Both the position numbers and the translations under genes were made by a program. The notes below the pieces were generated by a model. It was not told the origin of the DNA. It did not search any database and saw nothing but the letters and a program-made list of their open reading frames with translations. Shown piece after piece: positions 46,434 to 56,807 of a DNA stretch of 64,000 nt (within the stretch, counting starts at the first letter, position 1; every line of letters starts with the position of its first letter). The DNA comes from an uncultured Erysipelotrichaceae bacterium (lineage in GTDB: Bacteria > Bacillota_I > Bacilli_A > RFN20 > CAG-826): assembly GCA_902773005.1 (NCBI GenBank), contig CACYCS010000128.1, positions 1,252 to 65,251 of the forward strand, read 5' to 3'.

Positions 46434-46545
46434 CGATAATTAGCGTTATTCAAGCATTTTTGGTCGGATAACGCTGTTTATCCAGCGATTTCAGCCCGAT
46501 AATTAGCGTTATTCAAGCATTTTTGGTTGGATAACGCAGTTTATC
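46434..46545 (+). repeat. Two 49-bp direct repeats (63-bp period), each with inverted AGCGTTAT / ATAACGC arms, upstream of ATPase paralogue 4
   Basis: CGATAATTAGCGTTATTCAAGCATTTTTGGT(C/T)GGATAACGC(T/A)GTTTATC at 46434-46482 and 46497-46545. Confidence 0.95.
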
Positions 46546-46835
46546 TGCCATATTGAACATTGGCCGCAACAAACATGATGAAACCAAGGAACGCGCTATG
46601 CCTATGCACCGTTTTTTCGATACGCGCAAATGGGATTGCCTCGTTTGAATCGAATGGCTAGGCGTTGCTCCATAAATAGCGGAGAGCAAAATAAAATCGA
46701 GTAGGGGCTATTTATTAATTTGGTGCCCAGCCTGTACCTATCTAACGTCCTTGTTTTTATAGCGGACAAAACGCGTCCGCGCGCCTAGCCTAGGGGTTCC
46801 GCTATGCTAATGAATGATGAACAAGGAGATGCAAA

Positions 46836-48122
46836 ATGAACCTAGGAAAAGAGCCTGTGCCCATTGGAGTCAGGGATTTTAGATTGATGGCCAGTAGCCC
46901 TCATTACATCGACAAAACCGGATTTATCGCAGACGTTTGCAAGTGCCCAGGATGCGTAATCGCTTACCATAGGCCGGACGGATTCGGCAAAAGCTTGGCC
47001 CTATCGATGCTAGAATGCTTTTTCTCGATGGACGAAGATAGCCGGAGCTATTTCAAAGGCAAAGCCATTGCGAAGCTAAATGGAGGGGTCTGCATGGAGG
47101 AAATGAATGCCTATCCCACGATCCATTTGGACCTAAGCGCGCTGGATGCGCCCGATTACCCATCCATGATGGAATACGTCGCAAATATGATGGCTTCCGC
47201 TTACGAAAAGGCAAACGTCTCGTCCTTTAAAAGCATTTGGGAATACGATAGGAAAAGTATCAAAGCGATTCTAAGCAAAGCCGCTAATGAGGTCGAACTG
47301 GAATTTTCTTTGCAACGCCTCAGCATGTATTTGAAGGAAGAAACCGGCAAAAGGGCAGTGATCCTGATCGATGGCTATGACGCGCCTGTCATAGCGGGTG
47401 CGAAACACGGCTACGCCAAAGAGGCGGGCGGATTCTTCCAGGCGTTCTTCGGCGCGGCGCTAAAGGGGAACGAGGCTATGGAGCGCGGCGTATTGGTCGG
47501 AGTCGTTCCAATCATCTACGCCTCGGATTTCTCGGGCTTCAATAACCTTATCTATAGGTTTGGATACGATGACATAGGAGAAGAAAGATTCGCCTTCACG
47601 CGTAAAGAAACGATGGATTATCTTCGTTTATACGATAAGAATTTCGAAGAAAAAATGGTTCAAGAATGGTATGGGGGATACCGTTTGTCCAACCAAGAAA
47701 GTTTCTGCCCACGTTCGATTCTTGCCTTTGCCAATGGCGATTTTGAATTCAAATCATATAAGGAATCATCGAGTATTGACCCTCTTTTGCTAAGGAACGA
47801 AGACCCTGCCGAAGTCGTCCAATGCGTAGAGGGATTGATTTCAGGAAAACCGACAGTTTGCCTCACACCAACGACGATAGGGCCAGACTCTATAGCGGAA
47901 CAGCCAAAGTTCAGGGAGTTATCGCTATATTCTGGATACTTCACCGTCGACGATATTGATACGCGCGAGTATCATCTCTTCACGCGCATCAAAATACCCA
48001 ATATCGAATCAAGAAAAGCACTCGAAAAGAACGTTCTTGGCGCACTTATGATTACTCCCCAAACGGCATCGAAAGCTAAGCGCCAAAAACCATCTTCAAA
48101 AGCAACGAAAAAAGCTGCTTAG
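46836..48122 (+). CDS. Predicted AAA-ATPase (PF09820-like) lacking the usual C-terminal PD-(D/E)xK_9 domain
   Basis: PIGVRDFRLMASSPHYIDKTGFI...YHRPDGFGKSLALSMLECFFS is the family N-terminal signature. It ends in a K/A-rich tail with no ExK block. Confidence 0.7.
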   Translation: MNLGKEPVPIGVRDFRLMASSPHYIDKTGFIADVCKCPGCVIAYHRPDGFGKSLALSMLECFFSMDEDSRSYFKGKAIAKLNGGVCMEEMNAYPTIHLDLSALDAPDYPSMMEYVANMMASAYEKANVSSFKSIWEYDRKSIKAILSKAANEVELEFSLQRLSMYLKEETGKRAVILIDGYDAPVIAGAKHGYAKEAGGFFQAFFGAALKGNEAMERGVLVGVVPIIYASDFSGFNNLIYRFGYDDIGEERFAFTRKETMDYLRLYDKNFEEKMVQEWYGGYRLSNQESFCPRSILAFANGDFEFKSYKESSSIDPLLLRNEDPAEVVQCVEGLISGKPTVCLTPTTIGPDSIAEQPKFRELSLYSGYFTVDDIDTREYHLFTRIKIPNIESRKALEKNVLGALMITPQTASKAKRQKPSSKATKKAA

Positions 48123-48234
48123 AAATGCTTAAAAACGCCTCAGATTAAGGGCTCTTTTTCGTATAGAAATAACTCTTGTTTGGCAACCGAAAAATGAGTT
48201 GAGCAATATTCATTAATGCGTTTGTTGTGACTAT

Positions 48235-48264
48235 GAAAAAGCACCGACTACGCGGTGCTTTTTC
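48235..48264. terminator. Bidirectional terminator between convergent genes
   Basis: Stem GAAAAAGCACCG (48235-48246) pairs with CGGTGCTTTTTC (48253-48264). Confidence 0.8.
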
Positions 48265-48282
48265 ATATATTGCTTAATCGAC

Positions 48283-49311
48283 TTAGTTCGCAACGCAAGT
48301 GACGCGGAGGAACGGGGTCTTCGGAGTGCTTGAATAATACGAATCCGAAGTCGATCTGCCATAGAGGGCAGCCTTGACCGTATAGCCATCGCTGAAGGTC
48401 TTGGAGAAGACCGTGGCAGAATAGGAATTAGTGTAATACCCGCTTCCGCTAGTGATGGTCTCGCTCGTCTCGGTCCACTTCTTTGAGCGCGGGAATGCGC
48501 TTCTGGCAGCGGCCAAGATTTCATTTTGGTAGGTATCCCAGCCTTGTCCAACGCCTTGGATCTCGACGGCGTTGCCATTAGTTAGCGTGATAAGGGTCGC
48601 TTCTTCGGCCAAGGTGCCAAGGTAGACATAGGGAAGCATATGCGGAGATTCGACGCCAATTGAAGCGAGAACCTGAACGGTCGCGTTGCGCCACGCGCCA
48701 TCCGCGGGGATGATGAACGGCTCATTGTAATAGACGTCGACCTGTGGATTCGTCATCTTGTCGTTCTCATCGTAGATCCCATAGAAATCGACTTTGATGC
48801 CAAGATCGGGTTCTTCGGCGTGCAACTTGACTTTTTCGCGGTCGAACGCGACGTTCCAGCCCGCTTTTTGATAGGTGAGCTTCGCAGCGCCTGCGAGGGC
48901 GTTATCAAATCCGCCGGTCGAGATGATGCTAAGATGAGCTTCTTCGGTCACATAGCCGCCGTAATTGTAATCATAAGAGGAAGAAGCCTCGATCCAGGTT
49001 GCAAGGAGGCGACCAGGCAAATCGATGAAGGGGATCGCGTGGCCACCTAGATGAGGAACCATCACGTCGAGGATATCCTGCGTCCAGCCGATCGTGTAAT
49101 CGATCGAAACCTCAGGCTCCGAGGAAGATTCTGCCGGGGCGGGATTGCTTTCGATGGGCATCGAATCGCTTTTAGTGGGCTCAGAACTGACGCTCGTCGT
49201 AGAGGAATCTTGGGCGGGAGCGCTACTAGCGCTATTCTCGCCATTCCCTCCGCAAGCGGCCAAAAGCAATGCCGATGACAGCAACAATAATCCGTGAACG
49301 CTCTTTTTCAT
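48283..49311 (-). CDS. Lipoprotein of unknown function
   Basis: MKKSVHGLLLLSSALLLAACGGNG is a lipobox signal peptide. It is followed by an S/P/E-rich linker. Confidence 0.7.
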   Translation of the reverse strand: MKKSVHGLLLLSSALLLAACGGNGENSASSAPAQDSSTTSVSSEPTKSDSMPIESNPAPAESSSEPEVSIDYTIGWTQDILDVMVPHLGGHAIPFIDLPGRLLATWIEASSSYDYNYGGYVTEEAHLSIISTGGFDNALAGAAKLTYQKAGWNVAFDREKVKLHAEEPDLGIKVDFYGIYDENDKMTNPQVDVYYNEPFIIPADGAWRNATVQVLASIGVESPHMLPYVYLGTLAEEATLITLTNGNAVEIQGVGQGWDTYQNEILAAARSAFPRSKKWTETSETITSGSGYYTNSYSATVFSKTFSDGYTVKAALYGRSTSDSYYSSTPKTPFLRVTCVAN

Positions 49312-49722
49312 ATCAAAAGCCTCCTAAGCCACGCCCGTGGGCGGCATAGATAATATACGTGCGAGAAGAAAAAAGAAAAGAGATTTTGAACGGAGAAGGC
49401 TTGTTTCATGAAAATATTTTCAATGGAAACTGGATTAGAAAATATTAGTTTCCATTTTTCGTTTTACCATTGAAACGAGGCACGAAACCCCTAATCCATA
49501 TTCTCAATAGATTTCGGCAGAGCGAAGCAAGTTGAGAGAAGGAAACGGAAACTGCCTATAGCGATGCCTTATGTTGATTCTTGGAAACGAATGTAAACGC
49601 TTTCGTAAAATTGCGAAAACTTTGACGCTATTTTTCTGAAAAGTTTGCTCAGTATCGCGCAAATTTTACATTTTCAATCTTTTTAAGATGGGTCAATGAA
49701 AAAATGAGAGCAAAATTGGCAA

Positions 49723-49750
49723 TTGAAAATTAGTAACTCGCCCCTATAAT
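49723..49750 (+). promoter_or_regulatory. Sigma-70-like promoter of the giant lipoprotein gene
   Basis: TTGAAA (49723-49728), a 16-nt spacer, then TATAAT (49745-49750). The GGGAGG RBS is at 49764-49769. Confidence 0.45.
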
Positions 49751-49775
49751 ACGCGTATTTCAAGGGAGGTTTCAC

Positions 49776-52700
49776 ATGAAAGAAAAGAAAACCAAAATCC
49801 TACTCTTGAGCGCGTTGGCCGCGATGACCCTTGCTTCCTGCGGCGGCACTCCTCAAGTTTCATCCAATCCGTCTAATTCCTCTGCAGATCCTGCAAGTGC
49901 ACCCGCTTCGTCTGAACCTGTGCAAGAGAGCAAATCCAGCCAGGCTCCAGTCGATGATTCTAAGCCCGCCGAGCAATCCGAAGATTCAGTTGTGATCTCT
50001 GATGATCAGCCTGCGCAATCCATCCCCGAGCAGCCCTCTTCCGAGGAGCAGGAACTCCAGGATTGGGTCGGTCAGGCCTTCGTCGGCCAATACCAAGGCG
50101 GATTCACCGGCCTCATCATCAATGAGGACAAATCCACCAGTTGGGACACCGACAAGACCCACTATCCCGCCATCCTCGAAGTCCTCGATAATGGCATCTA
50201 TCACATCTATTCCGCCGACACCGTTCCTAGCGACGAGAAAGTCGACGTCTACACCGACGGCACCATGGCCTATTTGACCCATGACGCGGTTGAGAAAGAC
50301 GCATTCATCGTCGATAAGGGCGCTGAATACGAAGCTGCCAACGCCATGGCTAAAAAGGCCGATGGCTCCTTGATTTTCGGCAGCATCATGGCCGGCAACA
50401 AACTCAAATTCTTCCGCGCTGCCAATGGCGTCTTCGACTTCGACATCAAAGTCGATGTGAACTACGGCGCCTCGATCGAGGCCCTCGGCGCGATCTTCGA
50501 CGTCACCGTCGGAGATGTGACCGCCACCTACCGCACCACCGTCGCTGGCAACGCGGCGGCTGGCCAATACGCGATCATCGAAGACTATCAGATCGTCATC
50601 ACCGCCTATGGCGGCATGGAAGGCGACCTCGTCGTCGCAAGGAACCAGGGCGAGATCGTCTACGTCACCCTCGATGGCGTGGCAGTCGATCCTGAGCTCA
50701 TCTCCGAAGAGGATGGCGCGATCACCATCAAAGGTGCTGAGCGTGTCCTCGATCAGACCGACGTGAGCCACATGCAGTGGGTCTACTCCGCCACGAAGTA
50801 CATCCTCGACGAGGCGAGCCACACCTACGAAAGCGAAGATGCGACTAGCCGCGAAGACGTCTTCCACGTTCTCGACATGAACGAGACTCAATTCACCGCG
50901 GAAGTCGGCGCAGACGGCAACCTCTGGGCGACCTTCACCCCGAGCGTCAGCGGTTTCTTCAACGTCAACATCATCACCGGCACCGGCGACAATGACTACT
51001 ACGGCAGCTACGACTACATCGCGATTTATCGCGCGGATGCGGATTCCTATGGTTCTCCGTATACCTACGCGGAAGACTATGCGTATTACTATGAAGATTA
51101 CTATGGCTATGACACCGAAGAGGCGGCCATCGAAAACTTCTTGGTCACCGCGGGCGTAACCTACGTCATCAAGGCGTCCAATAACGACGACATCTATAAC
51201 GTCCTAGGTGATGACGATTCCGAGCACGAAGGCGAATCCATCACCATCGGCTACAGCTACACCGCCTTCGATATCGTCACCTATAACGGCGATAACGGCG
51301 CCCTCGTCATCGAGTCCTATAACGGCACCTTCCGCAGCGCGATCTTGAACGGCCAGCCTCTCGACAAGGCGACCTTCGTCAATAACGTCTTGACCGCGAA
51401 GGCCACCGTCATGGACTTCTCGAACCCCGCCAATCCGCAAAGGACCATCACCACGATCACGATCACCGTCGATCCGGCCACCAGCACCTACGTCTACGAA
51501 TCCGCTTCGGAGACCGACAGCGTCTTCCATGTCCTGACAGAGGAAGATTCCGGTAACATCTATCAAACCATCGTTGGCGAAGACGGCAACCTCTGGGCCA
51601 TCTTCACTCCGACCAGCGGCGGATTCGTCACCGTCGAAGAAACAGTCACTGCCTCCACCGGCGGCTACTACAGCAACGACGGCTACATCGCGATCTATGA
51701 TGCCACCGCCGCAAGCTACGTCACCGCGAACGCTTTGGCGAAGGCCGACGGCGGCTCAACTGTCGCGAACAGCATGGGCAGGATCGAGAACTTCGTCGTC
51801 GAGGCCGGAAAGTCCTACATCATCAAGGCCGGCGCCTACGCCGATAGGGACAAAGACCTAGGCGCGACCGGATCAACCTACGCCGGCAACGCCGAAGCCA
51901 TCAGCTTCACCTTCTCCTCCGTCCTCACCAGGACCTTCGCAGGCGACAACGGCAACCTCGTCCTATCGACCGACGAGGGCGAATTCGTTAGCGCCAGCAT
52001 CGGCGGAAGCACGATCTCGAACGTCAACTTCGTCGAAAACGATGATGGAACCTTGACTTTGTCCGTCATCGGGGCAGGCACGATCGACAACACCGATCCT
52101 CTCGACCCGATTCGCAACTCCACCGACACTGTCTACACCCTCGACCCCGATCAGTTGACCTATGAAGTCGCTCAGACCGCTTCTTCCGTCCATATCTTCC
52201 AGGAAGTCACCTCCAACTCGGCCGTGATCACCGCCACCGTCGGCGAAGACGGCAACCTCTGGGCGAAGTTCACCGCTCCTAGCGATGGCTTCCTAAGCGT
52301 CAGCGAGCTCGTCGCGGTCGCCGATGATCGCCTTTCCATCTTCCCGACCTCCGCTGCGCCGTTCACGAGCTACTCGAGCGCCATTGCCACGGCCGACAAA
52401 GCATATTCGGGCGGTCTCGAGTCCCTCGAAGCAGTCGCTGTAACCGCTGGAACGACCTACATCATCAAAGCCGGCTATTACTCCGATGCCTCCAAGGCAG
52501 TGACCGACACAGGCTCCGCCCACAAAGGCAAAACCGCGAGCATCAAGGTCGAATTCAACACGCTAGTCACCGCAACCTATACCGGCGATAACGGCGATCT
52601 TGTTGTCTCAAGTCTCGGTCAAACCATCACCTCCGCTACCCTGAACGGCACTGCCATCACGGGAGCGAAGTTCGACGAGGACGGCAACATCCTGGTCGAA

Positions 52701-53888
52701 GGCGCCGCGACGATCGATAACGCTGATCCTCTCAACCCGACCAGCACCTCGACCAACACCACCTATGTTCTCGACGAAGCTAGCGGGAGCTACACCGTGA
52801 GCGTTGATACCCACACCGCCAACATCTTCCACGAAGTCACTGGAAGCGAAGTCGTTACCGACGTCGTTGGCAAGGACGGCAACCTCTGGATCAAGTTCAC
52901 CGCGCCTAGCGAAGGCGAGATCACCGTCGATGAGCTCGTCGCCTGTCACACCGACAACTACATCCAGATCTATGCTTCCACCGCGAATTCCTTCACTAGC
53001 AGCAACGCCGCGGCAACGGCCGATAATGGCGGAACTGCCGCTGGCAGCGGAAAGATCTCCAACTTCGTCGTCCACCAAGGCGAGACCTACATCATCAAAG
53101 CCGGCGCCTGGGCCGATAGGGACAAACTCGTCACCGCGACGAATTCGAGCTACGCTGGCAAGACCGAAAGCGTGAGCTTCACCTTCGACGCTTATGACGA
53201 AAAGGTCTATACCGCGGAAGGGCAGCCTGATCTCAAAGTTGTCCTGAAAGGCGATGCGCTGCAGAGCGTTACCCTCGGTGGCGAAGCCATCGAAGGAGCC
53301 GCCCTCAAAGATGGCAACATCGTCGTTGAAGGCGAAATCGAAGTGATCGAAGGCGCTTGCTACCAGCCCGTCCTCACCTACGTCCTCGATGATGAAAACG
53401 GAACCTATGCCATCCAGAAGGACTCCATCCCCTACGTCGAAAGCGACGCTTACTCCATCGAGCAGGGAAGTCCTTACGGCTTTACCCATGACGAGGAGAA
53501 CGGAACCTATACCTCCAGCAACGCCGGCGTGAATAGTTCCAACGCGACCATGACCATCACCTTCGACGAAGACGGCTACTTCTTCTTCGACTACGATGTC
53601 GTTAGCGAAGGTACGACCACTCCTTGGGATTACCTGACAGTTACCCTCAACGGCGTAACCGTCGACGGATTCACCAAAGTTGGCGGCGAGAGCGGAAAAA
53701 CCGGTCGTGCCATGATTACCGTGAAAGCGGGCGATATCCTCGTGATCAAGTACGTAAAGGATTTCGGCGGCGAGAGCGGACGCGACTCCGCGATCATCTC
53801 CGGACTCTCCTTCCTCGTCCAGCCTTCTGAAGAAGAGGAAGTGCCTGAGGAGAACCCCATCGAAAATCCGGATCCATCCAACGAGTGA
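49776..53888 (+). CDS. 1370-aa surface lipoprotein with four ~210-aa internal repeats and a distinct C-terminal beta-rich domain
   Basis: MKEKKTKILLLSALAAMTLASCGG is a lipobox signal peptide. The recurring block is (F)H(V/I)(L/F)..V(G)(E/K)DGNLW(A/I).FT(A)PS.GF..V.E ... (Y)I.IY ... F.V.AG..YIIKAG. It occurs four times between about 50860 and 53150. Confidence 0.8.
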   Translation: MKEKKTKILLLSALAAMTLASCGGTPQVSSNPSNSSADPASAPASSEPVQESKSSQAPVDDSKPAEQSEDSVVISDDQPAQSIPEQPSSEEQELQDWVGQAFVGQYQGGFTGLIINEDKSTSWDTDKTHYPAILEVLDNGIYHIYSADTVPSDEKVDVYTDGTMAYLTHDAVEKDAFIVDKGAEYEAANAMAKKADGSLIFGSIMAGNKLKFFRAANGVFDFDIKVDVNYGASIEALGAIFDVTVGDVTATYRTTVAGNAAAGQYAIIEDYQIVITAYGGMEGDLVVARNQGEIVYVTLDGVAVDPELISEEDGAITIKGAERVLDQTDVSHMQWVYSATKYILDEASHTYESEDATSREDVFHVLDMNETQFTAEVGADGNLWATFTPSVSGFFNVNIITGTGDNDYYGSYDYIAIYRADADSYGSPYTYAEDYAYYYEDYYGYDTEEAAIENFLVTAGVTYVIKASNNDDIYNVLGDDDSEHEGESITIGYSYTAFDIVTYNGDNGALVIESYNGTFRSAILNGQPLDKATFVNNVLTAKATVMDFSNPANPQRTITTITITVDPATSTYVYESASETDSVFHVLTEEDSGNIYQTIVGEDGNLWAIFTPTSGGFVTVEETVTASTGGYYSNDGYIAIYDATAASYVTANALAKADGGSTVANSMGRIENFVVEAGKSYIIKAGAYADRDKDLGATGSTYAGNAEAISFTFSSVLTRTFAGDNGNLVLSTDEGEFVSASIGGSTISNVNFVENDDGTLTLSVIGAGTIDNTDPLDPIRNSTDTVYTLDPDQLTYEVAQTASSVHIFQEVTSNSAVITATVGEDGNLWAKFTAPSDGFLSVSELVAVADDRLSIFPTSAAPFTSYSSAIATADKAYSGGLESLEAVAVTAGTTYIIKAGYYSDASKAVTDTGSAHKGKTASIKVEFNTLVTATYTGDNGDLVVSSLGQTITSATLNGTAITGAKFDEDGNILVEGAATIDNADPLNPTSTSTNTTYVLDEASGSYTVSVDTHTANIFHEVTGSEVVTDVVGKDGNLWIKFTAPSEGEITVDELVACHTDNYIQIYASTANSFTSSNAAATADNGGTAAGSGKISNFVVHQGETYIIKAGAWADRDKLVTATNSSYAGKTESVSFTFDAYDEKVYTAEGQPDLKVVLKGDALQSVTLGGEAIEGAALKDGNIVVEGEIEVIEGACYQPVLTYVLDDENGTYAIQKDSIPYVESDAYSIEQGSPYGFTHDEENGTYTSSNAGVNSSNATMTITFDEDGYFFFDYDVVSEGTTTPWDYLTVTLNGVTVDGFTKVGGESGKTGRAMITVKAGDILVIKYVKDFGGESGRDSAIISGLSFLVQPSEEEEVPEENPIENPDPSNE

Positions 53889-53925
53889 TCCGTCAATAGC
53901 TTGGCGCTAAAACCGTCAGGCAGTT

Positions 53926-53956
53926 AGCCCCCGGGAGACCGGGGGCTTTCTCGTTT
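53926..53956 (+). terminator. Rho-independent terminator
   Basis: Stem AGCCCCCGG (53926-53934), loop GAGA, stem CCGGGGGCT (53939-53947), then TTCTCGTTT. Confidence 0.8.
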
Positions 53957-54123
53957 GGGTGGGGATTCGTCTAATAGGTTGCGCACCAAAAAAGAAACAC
54001 CCTTACTCGATGAAAGTCTGGATTTGGGGACCATGACCGCCAAGATCTCCGCAGCCCCATGTTGCAACTCTGTTGCAATCATCTTACTATCATTTGATCA
54101 CCTCAAAGAGTAAGGAGGGGTTT

Positions 54124-55149
54124 ATGCCCATCAAAGACTATCCTATCTACCATAACGTCAGCATCGCCGAGCTCAAGGAAGGGATGAATTCGCTCGAAAG
54201 GCTCGATGATAAATTCGATTTCATGTCCATGTATCTCCTAAGCCACCAAATGGACGAAGAATCGCCAAGCTGCACCTTCGAGGAATTGCTCCACGCCGCG
54301 AAGGAGGAATTCACAAAGGCCTCCGTCGCCTTGCGCAAAGAATACCTTTCGAATCATCCTTCGGCCAACAATGACCCGACCATGCTTAACCCCTATGGGG
54401 CAACCGCGGAGACAGAGGCCATGATGACCGCTTTCCTCGCCGATCCCACCCGCTACATGAAGGAAATGGCAAGAAGCGTCGCCAAATCTAGCCTCAACGA
54501 CCCTAGCCTCAATCTGGAGGAGCAGGCGACCGTCAAGAAATGGAAGGACAACTGCGCAAGGTTAAGTGAGGACATCGTCGCGGACAAGAAGCTCTTCGCT
54601 GCCTACGAAGAGGAGATCGACGGGAAGAACATCCTGCAGAACGTCGCCAAAAAGGTCTACGATAACCCCGATCTCACGACCGCGGACATCATCGACCGCA
54701 ACAAAGGCGGCTTCTTCGAGAGGATGCGCGGGTCGACCTCGCGGCAATATAGGGACTTCGCCGCCGCCTTAAGCGGATTCGAATCCCCCGATGATCCGTC
54801 TTTCAATAACAAAGAGCATCTCCGCGGTGCGGCCATGGATTACATCCGCCACAAGTTCCCTAAACTCAAACCGGGAGAGCTTCCGACGAAAGAGCAGATC
54901 GACGCCATCAAAAACCCCACCGCGAAAGGCCGCATCCTATTGACCGTGGCGGTCGTTCAGGAAGTCGACCCAAAGCTAGAGGAAGAGGCCTTCACCGCCC
55001 CCTTCGAGGCCATCGACCTTGACGCAGCCAACGTAGAGCAGCAAGAATTCCAGCAATCCCTCGCCGAGGACCTTAACGAAAAAGCGGACCTCGACTCTCA
55101 AGAGATCGAAGAGAATTCCATCGCCATGGAAAACAAGATGGAGATGTAA
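54124..55149 (+). CDS. Hypothetical cytoplasmic protein
   Basis: RBS AAGGAGGGG at 54112-54120 precedes ATG 54124. About 341 aa, helical with an acidic tail. No recognisable motif. Confidence 0.55.
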   Translation: MPIKDYPIYHNVSIAELKEGMNSLERLDDKFDFMSMYLLSHQMDEESPSCTFEELLHAAKEEFTKASVALRKEYLSNHPSANNDPTMLNPYGATAETEAMMTAFLADPTRYMKEMARSVAKSSLNDPSLNLEEQATVKKWKDNCARLSEDIVADKKLFAAYEEEIDGKNILQNVAKKVYDNPDLTTADIIDRNKGGFFERMRGSTSRQYRDFAAALSGFESPDDPSFNNKEHLRGAAMDYIRHKFPKLKPGELPTKEQIDAIKNPTAKGRILLTVAVVQEVDPKLEEEAFTAPFEAIDLDAANVEQQEFQQSLAEDLNEKADLDSQEIEENSIAMENKMEM

Positions 55150-55263
55150 ACCTGGATCGACCGCTATAAAGCAAAACGCGGATTTCGCGCGCTATTCCTG
55201 ATTTAGGGCGATTCCGCTATCATTATGGGGACAGCAAGAGATTCATCGAGAGGAGGTCTCATC

Positions 55264-55734
55264 ATGAAAGCAATGCAAGAGAAAACCGATAACCGCGTCT
55301 ATTTCGCCTGTCCGATGTTCTCCGCGATGGAAAAGGAATATAGCCTGCGGATCGTCGATGTCTTAACTAAGCACGAGTATGACGTATTCGTGCCATTTCG
55401 CGATGGCTACGAGGCGGCCCAGCTAGAAGGCAAAAGCGAGGATGAGCTCGTCGAGATGATCTTCAAAAAGGACCTCGAGGAGGTCAAAAAAGCCGACATC
55501 CTCTTCTTCCTTCTCGATGGGCGCGCGCCCGATGAAGGGGCCTCGGTAGAACTTGGGATGGCCTACGCCTATGGCAAAAGGTGCTACGGCTTCAAAACCG
55601 ACACCAGAGCGGTAGAGAATGGGCTTGACCTAAATCCCATGATCGCGGGCGCCCTCATCAAGCTATTCAAGGACTTCGATGGGGACAAGGCGATCGCAAG
55701 CCTAGAGGAATATCTGGCTGATCACCGCTTATGA
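55264..55734 (+). CDS. Nucleoside 2-deoxyribosyltransferase-family protein
   Basis: VYFACPMFS...FVPFRDG...ADILFFLLDGRAPDEGASVELGMAYAYGKRCYGF is the Rossmann-like NDT signature with the catalytic Glu context. Confidence 0.6.
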   Translation: MKAMQEKTDNRVYFACPMFSAMEKEYSLRIVDVLTKHEYDVFVPFRDGYEAAQLEGKSEDELVEMIFKKDLEEVKKADILFFLLDGRAPDEGASVELGMAYAYGKRCYGFKTDTRAVENGLDLNPMIAGALIKLFKDFDGDKAIASLEEYLADHRL

Positions 55735-55779
55735 ATCATCCTTATTATATATAGGGGGATGCGAGATCTTATCCAAGCA

Positions 55780-55815
55780 AAAACGGCCGCGAATGAAATC
55801 TATTGCGACCGTTTT
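55780..55815. terminator. Imperfect bidirectional terminator hairpin
   Basis: AAAACGGCCGCGAAT pairs with ATTGCGACCGTTTT, with one mismatch and one bulge. It lies between convergent genes. Confidence 0.45.
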
Positions 55816-55826
55816 TGAGTATTGGC

Positions 55827-56723
55827 TCACTCCTTCAGGATGAAGTCCTTGATGTCGTTATAGGGCTTTTCCTTGCCGTCTTCGTTTAGGATCTCATGCC
55901 TCATGTGAGGATAGAGGATCATCGTGACGTCTTCGATGCCTTGGGCGCGATAGGTTTCTTCTAGCCACTTCACGCCTTTGCCGTTTCTTCCGACCGGATC
56001 ATCTTCCCCAGCGATCAATAGAATCTTCTGCTTCTTGGAGATCTTGGCGATGTTCTCCTTCTTCCAGATGGTCTTCATGCCGGCGGTGAACTCGACCCAG
56101 AATCCACCTGTGTTAGCGTGGCCGCAGTAAGGGTCATCGATGTATTTCTTGACGTTTTCCTCGTTATAGGAGAGCCAATCGAAATCGGTCTTCCTGTCTT
56201 TGACGGCCTTGGTGTATCCGCCTAGTCCTAGGTTATCCATCGTCTTGTTCGGGAGGTCGCGGTTTTTCTCGTTCACGATCGATTTGGCGATGGTATTGGC
56301 CATCCTCATGAGGCCAAGCTGGCCTCCGTTGGAGCCGCAGAGGATGACTTTGTCGACAAGCCCTGGATGCCTTTCGATGAGGCACTGGGTCATGAAGCTT
56401 CCCATCGAGTGGCCCATGTGGGTGGTCGGAAGCCCATTGGATTTCGCGAGCTTGATCATGTTGGCGATGCCTTCGACGTTCGCGAAGAATGCGCCTACGG
56501 GCCAAATCTCTTGCTTTTCGGGGTCATCGACGTTAAGCCCCTGCCCGAAGGCATCGAGGCACCAGACGTTCACGCCATGGGCATTGAGGAATTCCGCAAG
56601 CGGGGCATAACGCTCCGAATGCTCATCCATGCCCGTGATGATGGTGAGGTTCGCGACTGGCTTTTCGGATGGCCAAAAACGACCTTTCAGAAATTCTCCC
56701 GTGGGGACGCTGAATTGTTCCAT
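55827..56723 (-). CDS. Alpha/beta hydrolase (lysophospholipase / monoacylglycerol lipase-like)
   Basis: GHSMGS nucleophile elbow. The C-terminal HEILNE supplies the catalytic-His context. Likely start is MEQFSVP at 56723. Confidence 0.75.
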   Translation of the reverse strand: MEQFSVPTGEFLKGRFWPSEKPVANLTIITGMDEHSERYAPLAEFLNAHGVNVWCLDAFGQGLNVDDPEKQEIWPVGAFFANVEGIANMIKLAKSNGLPTTHMGHSMGSFMTQCLIERHPGLVDKVILCGSNGGQLGLMRMANTIAKSIVNEKNRDLPNKTMDNLGLGGYTKAVKDRKTDFDWLSYNEENVKKYIDDPYCGHANTGGFWVEFTAGMKTIWKKENIAKISKKQKILLIAGEDDPVGRNGKGVKWLEETYRAQGIEDVTMILYPHMRHEILNEDGKEKPYNDIKDFILKE

Positions 56724-56807
56724 ATAAAATCTCCTAGCAACCAAATATTGGGTTCGTTATATGGGATTATAGCAAAGCGCGGGCGAAAATAAAGCGCCTT
56801 AGGCAAC

